Shown: positions 9,576-20,618 of the stretch, in pieces
How positions within the stretch are numbered: the first letter of the stretch is position 1
Layout of the letters: every line of letters starts with the position of its first letter
Source: Candidatus Latescibacterota bacterium
GTDB lineage: Bacteria; Latescibacterota; UBA2968; GCA-2709665
Assembly: GCA_963667175.2 (NCBI GenBank)
Contig: CAXXXF010000015.1
Coordinates: forward strand, 384,001 to 448,000
Reading direction: 5' to 3'
DNA: 64,000 nt
The notes under the pieces: generated by a model
What the model was told of the DNA's origin: nothing
Databases searched by the model: none
Seen by the model: only the letters and a program-made list of their open reading frames with translations
Program-made: the position numbers and the translations under genes

Positions 9576-10262
9576 TTACTCTTCGTCGTCCTCGTCGCCG
9601 TCCTTCTTGCCGCGTTCGATGACCTCGGGCTCCTGCATCTCTTCCTCTTCCTCGATCGCCTCTTCCTCTTCCTCCTCGACCTGCGAGATTGACGGCGGAA
9701 CCACCACGAACACGGACCGGTCGCTCTCGGTAACGATCTCCACGGCGCCGGACACGCTCAAATCGGAAACGTGCACCGAATCCCCGATATCCAGATGCGT
9801 CACGTCGAATCCGATGCGATCCGGGATCTCGGCGGGCAGGCACGATACTTCCACCTGGTGCAGCAGCTGCTCCAGAATACCGCCCTCCGTGCGGACGCCG
9901 GCCGGAATGCCTTCGGCCTCGACGCGGACGTCCACGACGATTTTCTGGGTGAGCGAGATCCTGTAGAAGTCCGCGTGGAGGAGATGACCGCCAACGGGGT
10001 GGTGCTGCAGCTCTTTGACGATGGCGGTGTCTTCCGATTGCTCCTCGCCGTTGCCCACAACCAGGGACAGAAGCGTATTCCGACCGTGTTCGTGCAAGAC
10101 CGTCGACAACGCCTTCGCATCGACCGAACAGGCGACGGACGCGCCACCGTCGCCATAGACGACCGCCGGAATCCTCCCGGTACGGCGGATGCGCCTGGCC
10201 TCGCCCTTTCCGGTTCCGGAGCGTGCGTCGGCCCGTAAACTCACGCCGAGATTGTCAGCCAT
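9576..10262 (-). CDS. rplY: 50S ribosomal protein L25/Ctc
   Basis: GKGEARRIRRTGRIPAVVYG, HADFY, GGIL, acidic tail. ATG 10262 with GGAGG. Confidence 0.96.
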   Translation of the reverse strand: MADNLGVSLRADARSGTGKGEARRIRRTGRIPAVVYGDGGASVACSVDAKALSTVLHEHGRNTLLSLVVGNGEEQSEDTAIVKELQHHPVGGHLLHADFYRISLTQKIVVDVRVEAEGIPAGVRTEGGILEQLLHQVEVSCLPAEIPDRIGFDVTHLDIGDSVHVSDLSVSGAVEIVTESDRSVFVVVPPSISQVEEEEEEAIEEEEEMQEPEVIERGKKDGDEDDEE

Positions 10263-10305
10263 TGACCGATCCTCCACAATTGTCCACCAGCACTACGGTT
10301 TTGCA

Positions 10306-10376
10306 CTGCCGGGCAGGGATTCGAACCCCGATAAACGGCTCCAAAGGCCGCTGTCTTACCCTTAGACGACCCGGCA
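10306..10376 (-). tRNA. tRNA-Gln (UUG)
   Basis: TGCCGGG acceptor stem, anticodon loop CT-TTG-GA, GGTTCGAATCC T-arm. CCA is not encoded. Usual position downstream of ispE. Confidence 0.95.
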
Positions 10377-10505
10377 TCAATAACCGGAACCCGGATGCTG
10401 CGTGCGATCAATACCGCGAGCCATCGTTGAGGCGGCAATCGACCGGGGTCGTACGTTGCGTGACTGTATTTTATGGTATTAGGGACCGCAAACGGTCCGG
10501 TCCGG

Positions 10506-11378
10506 TTACGGTTCGCGCGGCCGGCAGCGACACAGATAGACCCGACGCCCACGGCCCTGCGCAAGGGCTGCCGCAACCGAAGCCTGCCGGGCCTCACGAA
10601 AAACGCCGAAGAGCGTGGACCCGCTGCCCGAAACCGAACAGGCAACCGCGCCCCCGGCGGCCAGCGCCGCGAGGATCCGCGCCACGTCGCCGCTCTCGCC
10701 TTCCACGAGCGGCTGAAAGTCGTTTTCCAGACAGGCGAACAATCGGCCCGCACAGATCCGGCCGGACTTTTCCGCAGAGTCCAGAAATGTACCATACGCC
10801 GCTGCTTCTGTCAAGCCAATTCTCACGTTTCGGTAGGCCCAGGCGGTGGACACCGGGAACCCCGGATACACCAGCACGTACCAGAAATCGCCGTCCCAGT
10901 CCACGGGTCGGATCCGCTCTCCACGCCCCGTCACCACGGCCGTGCCGCCGGTGAGGAAGAACGGGACGTCGGACCCGAGCTCCGCCGCGAGCGCGGCCAG
11001 TCGCTCCGGCCCCAGATGCGATCCCCACAGCCGGTCCAGCGCGCGCAGCGTTGTTGCCGCGTTGGAACTCCCGCCGCCCAGGCCCGCGCCCGCTGGTATC
11101 CGTTTGACCAGGTCCACGCGCACCCCGTTGCCGGCGCCCGTGGCGCGGCGGAGGAGTTCCACGGCGCGGTACACGAGGTTCTCCGGCCCCCCGGGAACGT
11201 CCGGACGGTCGGCGCGGACGAGGGTTTCTCCGGGCGGGGCGGGCGTGAACACCAGGCGGTCGCACAGGTCCACCGTCTGAAGCACGGAGACGATCTCGTG
11301 ATAGCCGTCCGGGCGGCGGCGCAGGATCTTCAGGCCCAGATTCAGCTTCGCCGGCGCGATTTCAACGACGCGATACAA
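10506..11378 (-). CDS. ispE: 4-diphosphocytidyl-2-C-methyl-D-erythritol kinase
   Basis: APAKLNLGL, DGYHEI, KRIPAGAGLGGGSSNAA, LGSDVPFF, ENDF, SGSGST. Confidence 0.95.
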   Translation of the reverse strand: MYRVVEIAPAKLNLGLKILRRRPDGYHEIVSVLQTVDLCDRLVFTPAPPGETLVRADRPDVPGGPENLVYRAVELLRRATGAGNGVRVDLVKRIPAGAGLGGGSSNAATTLRALDRLWGSHLGPERLAALAAELGSDVPFFLTGGTAVVTGRGERIRPVDWDGDFWYVLVYPGFPVSTAWAYRNVRIGLTEAAAYGTFLDSAEKSGRICAGRLFACLENDFQPLVEGESGDVARILAALAAGGAVACSVSGSGSTLFGVFREARQASVAAALAQGRGRRVYLCRCRPREP

Positions 11379-11660
11379 TGGGAAAACCCTTATCCTGCAA
11401 GGAGCTGTCAGCTTTCAGCGTTCAGCAATCAGCTTGAATCAAGAGCGAACGTCAAATTCACCATCCACGTCTCCCCAAATTCCCTGCCGTCGAAAAGCAG
11501 CTTTCAGCAGTCAGCCAAGAGCGAACCTCCCCCAGCCCCGCAAACCTCTCCCCCCGGCCTGCCTGCGCCGAGTTCTGCTCGGCAGGCAGGCCCCGTCTCC
11601 CGTCTCACCGCTTTTAGATTTTCATTCTTCATTCTTCATTCTTGCCGCCTTTTGGCGCTC

Positions 11661-11688
11661 ATGATAACCTCGGTGGTCGTTGTGTCAA
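11661..11688 (-). promoter_or_regulatory. sigma70-type promoter for the ispE cluster
   Basis: Minus strand TTGACA-16 bp-TATCAT. Confidence 0.5.
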
Positions 11689-11843
11689 GCGCCAAACGGG
11701 CGCGGGGCGGGGAGCGCGACGGGCTCATGAGGCGGCGGCGTCTGCCAAACTTGCAGTCCTTCGAACCGCCGGACGCCCATCCGAACCTGCCGCATGGCGA
11801 CCCCGCGTCAAGGCGCGCGCACACGGGAAATCCAGGTTAGGGA

Positions 11844-11872
11844 TTGACGCCCGCGCGCAAATGTGATACATT
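11844..11872 (+). promoter_or_regulatory. sigma70-type promoter for the TPR gene
   Basis: TTGACG-17 bp-TACATT. Confidence 0.5.
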
Positions 11873-11921
11873 GAATGACGCTGCCGTACCGCGCCGCAAA
11901 TACCCATAACCCCCACGTTAT

Positions 11922-14900
11922 ATGCATATTTCTCGCATGTCACTCCCAACGCTTTCATCGCCGCGGCTGCTCCCGGGCGCGGTCGTCGGGCTGTGTGTTC
12001 TGCTGGCCTGTTCGACGCCCGTCGCGGGGCAGGCCGCCGAGGGTGAGCGCGAGAGCATCGAGCTCGCGCAACGGCTCTTCGACAACCGGGATTATGCCAA
12101 TGCGGCGCACGAATTCCGGCGCTTCATCGCCTCCTATCCCACGAGCGCGCGGCTTCCCTCGGCGCTCTTTCAACGGGGCGAGGCCCTCTTTCTGGGCGAA
12201 CGGTTCAGCGAAGCCGTCGTTGCGTACGACGACTTCCTCGTACGGTATCCCGGACGCCTGGAAGCGGACCCGGCCCTGCGGCGAAAGGCGGAATCCCTGG
12301 AGCGCCTCTCCCAATACGCCAGGGCCGGAGCGGCCTTCCGGGAAGCGCACGACCGGTTCGCCGCCGGCAAACACGCCGCCCGAAACCTCCTCGCGGCGGG
12401 GATCAACTTCCACAAGGGAAAGGACCTGGACGCCGCGGGAAAGGCGTTCGGCGCGCTGGTGGCGAATTTCCCCCAATCCGCGCTCGCCGCGGAAGCCGGC
12501 TACCGGTGGGGGCTCGCGCTGCTGGACGCGGGACGCCCCGAAGAGGCGCTGGAACGGTTCAAGACGATATCCGATCCCGGCGCGGGTTCCAGGTGGACGC
12601 CGGACGCCCTGCTCGAAATCGGCAAGACCGCCCTCGGCATGAAGGACGTGAAGGAGGCGGAGGCGGCTTTCGGCACGCTGCGAAGGGCGTATCCCGGTCA
12701 TGCCGCGGCCGGCGCCTCCTACCTGGAACTGGCCGCCTGGTATGAAGGCCGGGAGAACTGGCCGAAGGCCGCTGACGTCTACGGCCTCGCCCGCGGCAAT
12801 CTCCCGCAAAGCGAAGGCCGCCGGCAGGCCGTGCTGGGCCTGGGCAACGCCTGGCTCGAACTGGGCCGAACGGCCGAAGCGCTCGCGCTATTCACCGAGT
12901 TCATCAACGTCTATGCCGCCAGCCCTCGCCTGGACCGCGCCTGGCTGGGCCTGGGGCGCGCCCACGCCGACCTGAATCAGTACCGCGAGGCCCAGAACGC
13001 GTTCCGCCGCCTCCGGGAGCTCTTCCCGGAATCGGAGGCCGGCATCCGGGCGCACGCGGAGATGGGCGACGCCTGGCGGGCCGCGGGCGCGCCGCACAGG
13101 GCATTGAGGGCGTACCGGGCCTACGCCGGGCGGGCGGAGGCGCCCGGCGCCAAAGATTCGGCCCGGCTGCGGATCGCGCGAACGTACGAACAGGACCTGG
13201 GGTGGCACGACCTGGCCCTGGCGGTCTACCGGGACCTGGCGGAAACGGCGCCGGCCGACGTTGCCGGCGAAGCGCAGTTCGGCATCGCCCGTATTCTGGA
13301 TCGAACCGGGCGGGCGGACCGGGCCATTCGCGAATACCGGGCCTACCTGCGGCAATACGGCAGCCGCGCCGGCGAGGCCGAGAACCGCATCCGCTACCTG
13401 CGGGAGTTCGGCCGCGACGCCGCGGGCGTACCGCCGGCCGACCTGGCCGCGCTGCTCTCGAGTCTCCCTGCAATCGCCGGCGATCCGCATGCCCGGTTCG
13501 CACTCGGAAAGTTCCTTCACGACCGGCGGCAATACGCCCAGGCCGCCGAAACGCTCGCCGCCGGGCCGTCGGGGGATCCCCCGCCGCCGTTTGCCGCCGA
13601 GGCCGCCTGGCTTCTGGGCCGGAGCGCCCTGAAAGCGGCGCGGAAAGCGGAACTGGACGGCGGGCGGGAACAGGCATCGTCCTGGCGGCAGAAGGGCCTG
13701 GCGGCGCTCGGGGAGGTTGAAGACGGGTATCCGGAAAGCGAGTTCGCGGACGACGCCGGCCTGTTGCGAATCGAAACGGAAACCCGCCTGCCTGCCAGTC
13801 CAGCCAGCAAAGACAGGCGGGCCGAGCGGATCCCGGCCAGTCTGCCGTTCCAACGGGACAGGCAGGCGCAGGCGGGCGAAGCCGGCGTGGACGCGGCGAG
13901 GGCGAGACGGCAACTCGCGGCGTACCGCGAATTCGCGAAGACCTACCCCGGATCCGACCGGATGGACCGGGCGCTCCTGGGGATGGCCGACGCGATGCGC
14001 ACGCTCAGCCGGGTCGAACCCGCGTGGATCGACACCGCCCTGACAACCTACCGGGAGATCAGGGACGCGTATCCGAAAAGCCCGGCGGCGGAACGGGCAA
14101 CCTACGGCATCGGACTGTGCCAGGCCCTGAAGAAGGACTACGCGGCCGCCGAGGAAACGCTGCGCGATTTCCTCTTCGCGTATCCACGGAGCGACCTGGA
14201 GAGCCACGCCAGGCACGAGCTCGGCCGCATCCTCCTGGAGCGGGGGTTTCCGAGGAGCGCGGCGGACGACCTGGCCGAACTTCTCGCGGGGCCGGCGTCG
14301 CCCGGACTGGCGCGGTCCGCGCGTAACCTGCTGGCCGAGAGCTACTTCAGGGCGGATAACTACCGGCGCGCCATCGAAATTGACGTCGAACTGCTTTCCA
14401 TTGGACCCGACGGGCCCGCGCTCCGCCGGCTCGCGCGGTCCTACGAGGCGAACGGACAGGCGGCCGAAGCCATCGAAACCTGCCAGGCCCTGTTGAGCGC
14501 GTATCCGAACGCGGCCGACGCCGACAGCTTCGCGTACGCCCGGGCGCGGCTTCTGGCTCGCCTGAACCGGGAGTCCGAAGCCGTCGCGGCCTTCAAGGCG
14601 TTCCCGAAACAATATCCCGAAAGCCCGCTCAGGGCAACCGCGGGCAAGGCCCTGGCAACCCTCCTGTTCGACGCCGGAGAATACCGGAACGCGCTGGCGG
14701 CCATTGCGCACGTCCCCGTGCACGCGAGGGACGCGCAGGTCGCCGGAAGCGAAGTCCTCAGCCTGTTCCGGCTGAAACGCGCGCAGGAGGCGAAGAAAGC
14801 CGCGGGCAGGTTCAAGAAGACCTACCCGAACAGCCGCGAGTGGCTCGGCAGGTTCAAGAACGAGGAGGGCAGGTTCTATCTGAACGCCGGCAATTTCAAG

Positions 14901-15704
14901 AAAGCCCGTCAGATTTTCGAAGGCGTGGTCAAAAACCATCCCGGCGGCGAAACCGCGGCCGAAGCCGCCTGGTATCGCGTCAGAACACTGAAACGAGAAG
15001 GTCCGAAGGAAGCATACCGGGAGGCGCTCGCGGGCTTCGTGAAGACCCGTTCAGGCAGCAGCCGCTGGTCCGCCGCGGCCCTGGAGCTGGCCGATATCCT
15101 CTACGACGGCGGGGATTTCGAACGGGCGTCCAGAGCCTACCGGAACGTGCTCGAGGCCGGCCCGTCGCCCGAAGAAACGCCGAAGGTGCTGTCCAGACTG
15201 ATGAAGGTCCACAGACGTCTGAAGCTGCTGGATACGGCGATCGCCTACGCCAACCGGCTCGTCCGGGAATTTCCCGGGCATTCCCTCGCGTCGGACGTGC
15301 GCATCGAAATCGGGACCATGTTGCACGACAACAAGCAATACCGGCTGGCAATCGCCCGGCTGACGCCCCTGCTGAAAGACGCCGAGGGGAACGACTGGTC
15401 GACCATCCAGTATTGGCTCGCAAAGAGCCACTTCGGACTGCGAGACTACGAAAGCGCGAAACGGGAATACCTGAAACTTCAGTACCAGTTTCAGGGCGCC
15501 ACGCAATGGGTGGCCAGCGCCCAGGACGGACTCGCCAGCTGCTATGAAGCCCAGGGGAACTACCGGGAGGCGATCCGGGAACTCGAGGCCATCCGGCGAC
15601 GGGAGGGGGCGACCAGCGACTTCGGCCTCCAGGCGGGACAACGCATCGAAATGCTGAAGGCGCTCCTGAACAGCAGCCAGGAATCCGCGCCGCGCGCGCC
15701 CTGA
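11922..15704 (+). CDS. Large exported TPR protein (BamD/CpoB-like TPR repeats)
   Basis: N-terminal hydrophobic signal, then many A...F...YP.S...A..G helical repeats. The start may be 11937. Confidence 0.85.
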   Translation: MHISRMSLPTLSSPRLLPGAVVGLCVLLACSTPVAGQAAEGERESIELAQRLFDNRDYANAAHEFRRFIASYPTSARLPSALFQRGEALFLGERFSEAVVAYDDFLVRYPGRLEADPALRRKAESLERLSQYARAGAAFREAHDRFAAGKHAARNLLAAGINFHKGKDLDAAGKAFGALVANFPQSALAAEAGYRWGLALLDAGRPEEALERFKTISDPGAGSRWTPDALLEIGKTALGMKDVKEAEAAFGTLRRAYPGHAAAGASYLELAAWYEGRENWPKAADVYGLARGNLPQSEGRRQAVLGLGNAWLELGRTAEALALFTEFINVYAASPRLDRAWLGLGRAHADLNQYREAQNAFRRLRELFPESEAGIRAHAEMGDAWRAAGAPHRALRAYRAYAGRAEAPGAKDSARLRIARTYEQDLGWHDLALAVYRDLAETAPADVAGEAQFGIARILDRTGRADRAIREYRAYLRQYGSRAGEAENRIRYLREFGRDAAGVPPADLAALLSSLPAIAGDPHARFALGKFLHDRRQYAQAAETLAAGPSGDPPPPFAAEAAWLLGRSALKAARKAELDGGREQASSWRQKGLAALGEVEDGYPESEFADDAGLLRIETETRLPASPASKDRRAERIPASLPFQRDRQAQAGEAGVDAARARRQLAAYREFAKTYPGSDRMDRALLGMADAMRTLSRVEPAWIDTALTTYREIRDAYPKSPAAERATYGIGLCQALKKDYAAAEETLRDFLFAYPRSDLESHARHELGRILLERGFPRSAADDLAELLAGPASPGLARSARNLLAESYFRADNYRRAIEIDVELLSIGPDGPALRRLARSYEANGQAAEAIETCQALLSAYPNAADADSFAYARARLLARLNRESEAVAAFKAFPKQYPESPLRATAGKALATLLFDAGEYRNALAAIAHVPVHARDAQVAGSEVLSLFRLKRAQEAKKAAGRFKKTYPNSREWLGRFKNEEGRFYLNAGNFKKARQIFEGVVKNHPGGETAAEAAWYRVRTLKREGPKEAYREALAGFVKTRSGSSRWSAAALELADILYDGGDFERASRAYRNVLEAGPSPEETPKVLSRLMKVHRRLKLLDTAIAYANRLVREFPGHSLASDVRIEIGTMLHDNKQYRLAIARLTPLLKDAEGNDWSTIQYWLAKSHFGLRDYESAKREYLKLQYQFQGATQWVASAQDGLASCYEAQGNYREAIRELEAIRRREGATSDFGLQAGQRIEMLKALLNSSQESAPRAP
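13783..13876. repeat. Palindromic CCTGCC/GGCAGG element inserted in frame inside the TPR gene
   Basis: CCCGCCTGCCTGCC ... GGACAGGCAGGCGCAGGCGGG, the same arms as the intergenic palindrome family. Confidence 0.65.
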
Positions 15705-15782
15705 CAGCCCGTTGCTGAAGTCCATCCGGGCTGCCAAACCGCCGTCACCGGAACCTGAACCCGATTCAAGCGAACGACCGCC

Positions 15783-17330
<1,548 letters not shown>

Positions 17331-17339
17331 AAGAGCGGG

Positions 17340-17562
17340 ACCTCTCCCCCCGACCCCTTAAAAGCGGGGAGAGGGGAGACGGGAGATGATGAGCTGCCTC
17401 TATGGGATATCGATACGGACTGGCGAGATCTTCCGGCGACAGCCGCAGACCTCTCCCCCCAACCCCCTCTCCCGGGGGGAGAGGGGGAGCAGAGCGAGAT
17501 GTCTTCAAGCGATGACCGTTCCCCCCTTCCCCCCGGGAAGGGGGATAGGGGGTAGGTCGGCG
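17340..17562. repeat. ~220-250 bp GC-rich multi-hairpin intergenic element, copy A (no palindrome insert)
   Basis: Nearly identical to 20155-20406 and 21940-22151. Confidence 0.9.
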
Positions 17563-17727
17563 AGGGGTGTGGGGGATTGTAAGCGTTGCATCGCGCAAGA
17601 AGTTCATCGCAGGTAGGTTCGCGAAGTCCAGTCGAGCGCACGGAACCCAGTTCCAACGAGTGTTTGTCCGCCGACAGGCACCCTGTTGGGATGCTATGGA
17701 TAAACTGTACGAGGACCAACCCGTTTT

Positions 17728-17890
17728 CGTTCTTCCTTCTTCCTTCTTCCTTCCTCCTTCCTCCCGTCTACCGTCTCACCGCTTTCAGGTTTTCCTTCTT
17801 CCTTCTCCCTTCTTCCTTTTTCCTTTTCCCTTTTCCCTTCTCCCTTCTTCCTTCTTCCTTTTCCCTTCTTCCTTCTTCCTTCTTCCTTGT
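17728..17890. repeat. Polypyrimidine heptamer tract (TTCTTCC/TTCTCCC)n
   Basis: Almost pure C/T on the + strand with ~7-nt periodicity. Confidence 0.85.
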
Positions 17891-17999
17891 TTTTTCGGAA
17901 CCTTTGCCCCTGCTACCGGGTCTAACACCCGTGACCACGAAAAAACAGCCGAACGCATCTTCGAGCCACCCAGGAGACCTGAGAAAGGGGATTTTCCCG

Positions 18000-19454
18000 A
18001 TGTCGATCCAACCCGTCCGCTACCGGCAACTGACGCTTATTCTGGGCCTGCTCTTCGCCGGCGGCGCATTCACGTCCTCCGCGTACGCGTCCGAGGACCA
18101 GGCCATCGAGCAGCTTCGGAACCTCAACAAGGCCTTTACGACGATCGCCGGGCGGGTGACGCCCACGGTTGTCACCATCAGGACAAGGGAGACCGTTTCA
18201 CTGGCCGACCAGCAATTCGACCCCCGATTTTACTTCCGTCCCTATTCCAGGAGGCCGCGAAACCGGGAACAGGAACGCCCGGGTCTCGGCTCCGGTATCA
18301 TCATGACCAAAGACGGATACATACTCACCAACCACCACGTGGTGGGCACGGCGGACGAAATCTCGGTGATCCTCAACGACAATAAGGAATTCGAAGCCCG
18401 GCTGGTGGGCACCGACTCCCTCACGGACGTGGCCGTCATCAAGATCGATGCCGAAGGGCTCCCAGCGGCGAACGTGGGCGACTCCGACAAGATCCGGATC
18501 GGGGAGTGGGTGATGGCGGTGGGCGCGCCGCTCCATCTGCGTTCTACGGTCACGTCCGGAATTGTGAGCGCTATCGGACGCAATCTGGACATCATTTCCG
18601 ATAATTTCGGCATCGAAGATTTTATCCAGACGGACGCTGCCATCAACCCGGGCAACTCCGGCGGCGCGCTTGTCAACCTCGATGGCGAAGTTATCGGGAT
18701 GAACACAGCCATCGCGACGGAAACGGGGCGGTTGTTTGTCGGCTATGGATTCGCCATACCCATAACCCTCGCAAGAAAAGTAATGGATGATATCGTAACC
18801 CACGGCAGCGTGCGCCGTGGCTTTCTCGGTATAGGTCTCAGATCGGTCGACGCGGCCCTTGCGGACGCGTTCGGGCTGGATCGTCCGCACGGCGTATTCG
18901 TCTCCAGGGTGTACGCGGATACCCCGGCGGAGGTCGCCGGGCTCATAGACGGCGACATCATCCTGAGTTTGGACGGCGAACCCGTCAACCGGCCGAACCA
19001 CGTTCAGAGCCTGATTGCGCGAAAACACCCCGATGATCGCGTGACGTTGAAAATCAGACGGAAGAACAAGACGATCGACCTCCAGGCCAGGCTGGGTGAA
19101 AAACCCGCTCAGATGGGCCAGATTGCCTCCGCCAGGCCGGCGTCCGGCGAGGCCGAGCTCCATGGCCTGAGCCTGAGCGACGTCACCCCGGACGTCGCCG
19201 GAAGATGGGGGCTGGAAGGAGAGACCGAAGGTATCCTCGTGACGGAGGTGGCTCCCCGAAGCCGGGCCGCGAGGGCCCGCTTCGAACGGGGAGACGTCAT
19301 CTTCAAGATCCGCCAGGGGAATTTCGAGCGCGAAGTGCGGTCCGTCGCCGAATTCAAAACGACCCTGACCAAACTCGAAAAGGGCCGCAACGCCGCCTTT
19401 TACGTGCGGCGGGGAACGTACCACCTGTTCCTGACCATGAAGATTCCCGAATAG
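18000..19454 (+). CDS. DegP/DegQ (HtrA) periplasmic serine protease with two PDZ domains
   Basis: Signal peptide, GLGSGII, LTNHHVV, TDVAVIK, QTDAAINPGNSGGAL. The ORF-track extension from 17586 is repeat read-through. Confidence 0.93.
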   Translation: MSIQPVRYRQLTLILGLLFAGGAFTSSAYASEDQAIEQLRNLNKAFTTIAGRVTPTVVTIRTRETVSLADQQFDPRFYFRPYSRRPRNREQERPGLGSGIIMTKDGYILTNHHVVGTADEISVILNDNKEFEARLVGTDSLTDVAVIKIDAEGLPAANVGDSDKIRIGEWVMAVGAPLHLRSTVTSGIVSAIGRNLDIISDNFGIEDFIQTDAAINPGNSGGALVNLDGEVIGMNTAIATETGRLFVGYGFAIPITLARKVMDDIVTHGSVRRGFLGIGLRSVDAALADAFGLDRPHGVFVSRVYADTPAEVAGLIDGDIILSLDGEPVNRPNHVQSLIARKHPDDRVTLKIRRKNKTIDLQARLGEKPAQMGQIASARPASGEAELHGLSLSDVTPDVAGRWGLEGETEGILVTEVAPRSRAARARFERGDVIFKIRQGNFEREVRSVAEFKTTLTKLEKGRNAAFYVRRGTYHLFLTMKIPE

Positions 19455-19508
19455 GCGGCGCGCCTCGGCGCACGGCGGCACAAGCCGCCAAAACGACACT
19501 CACGAACG

Positions 19509-19543
19509 AAGAAGCCCGGTGGGCATTCCCGCCGGGCTTCTTT
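19509..19543 (+). terminator. Intrinsic terminator after the protease gene
   Basis: AAGAAGCCCGG...CCGGGCTTCTTT. Confidence 0.7.
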
Positions 19544-19924
19544 GGATATGGAAAGTATTTGTTGATCGAGAAACTCGGACAACTCTTCAATCTCAATCGA
19601 GGAAGTCAGATGGAGGTCGGCGAACTTATCCAGGTCTATTTGAATCGCATCGACCGGGATGAGATTGGCCCTGTGCGCCTTCATCCGTTCACCGTAGACC
19701 CGCGGCTGAACCGGCAACGGGCAAACAGGCGTCACGTTTTCATCAGCCCATACGTTTCGTTCGGACGCCCGTCAATCACTGGCATCGGTGTGGCCACCGA
19801 AGTAGTTTATGATAGATTCATTGGAGGAGACACCTTCAGCGAAATGTGTAAGGACTATCGCCTCACACCCGTTCAGTTTGAGGAAGTCTTAAGGTATGAG
19901 TCCGCGATCAGGCGGGCCGCCTGA
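19540..19924 (+). pseudogene. 5'-truncated DUF433 (VapB45-like) antitoxin
   Basis: LLIEKLGQLFNLN...YLNRIDRD...ISPYVSFGRPSITGIGVATEVVYDRFIGGD...DYRL...EEVLRYE. The N-terminal HTH part is absent. Confidence 0.65.
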
Positions 19925-20027
19925 ATCCCCGATTCACATATTTGTTGACCGCAACCTGTCCAGCGGGATATTATCACGAGAATTGCGCGAGGCCCGGGTC
20001 ACCAGCGACCTGGGCCTCGAAAGTTGA
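19896..20027 (+). pseudogene. Truncated PIN (VapC45-like) toxin remnant
   Basis: Overlaps the antitoxin stop. ...IFVDRNLSSGILSRELREA resembles the FFxDRxL start of VapC45-type PIN proteins; it stops after 43 aa. Confidence 0.5.
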
Positions 20028-20154
20028 GGAAACGGTGTGATGGTGGGGCCTGCCTGCAGCGCCTGTCTGCGTGCGCACACGCACAGGCAGGCAGTTCGCT
20101 GCGCAGGCGGGCAGACATTCCTGTCTGCCCGCTTTTTTATTTCCGCAGGAATGC

Positions 20155-20406
20155 AGACCTCTCCCCCCGGGCCCTTAAAAGCGGGGAGAGGTGAGACGGG
20201 AGATGGTAGATGATGAGCTGCGTCTATGGGATATCGATACGGACTGGCGATATCTTTCAGCGATAGCCGCAGACCTCTCCCCCCGGCCTGCCTGCCGGCA
20301 GGCAGGCCCCCTCTCCCAGGGGGAGAGGGGGAGCAGAGCGGGACGTCTTCAAGCGATGACAGTCCCCCCTTCCCCCCGGGAAGGGGGATAGGGGGTAGGT
20401 CGGCGG
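20155..20406. repeat. GC-rich multi-hairpin element, copy B (with palindrome insert)
   Basis: Matches copies A and C, plus GGCCTGCCTGCCGGCAGGCAGG. Confidence 0.9.
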
Positions 20407-20618
20407 GGAGACGGGAGATGATATGAGTGCCCGATCGTTTTATCTGCCGTAACAACAATGGCTTTCAATTTACTCACCAAACGCCGAAAATCCCTTGAGA
20501 TATCGTCCGTTTGGCGATATATTTTCGTTGACTGCACGTCGAGCAATAGACAGGTCGGAATTGTCAGACGTTTTAAAGACCTGTGCGATTACCGAAAATT
20601 CATGAAGGGTTGGCCGCC

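Noticed and set aside
10306-10376. tRNA as an island integration site
   Set aside because: No duplicated tRNA 3' end was seen elsewhere in the window, and both flanks are housekeeping genes.
17586-17999. N-terminal extension of the DegP-like protease
   Set aside because: Read-through of intergenic repeats; the signal peptide begins at ATG 18000.
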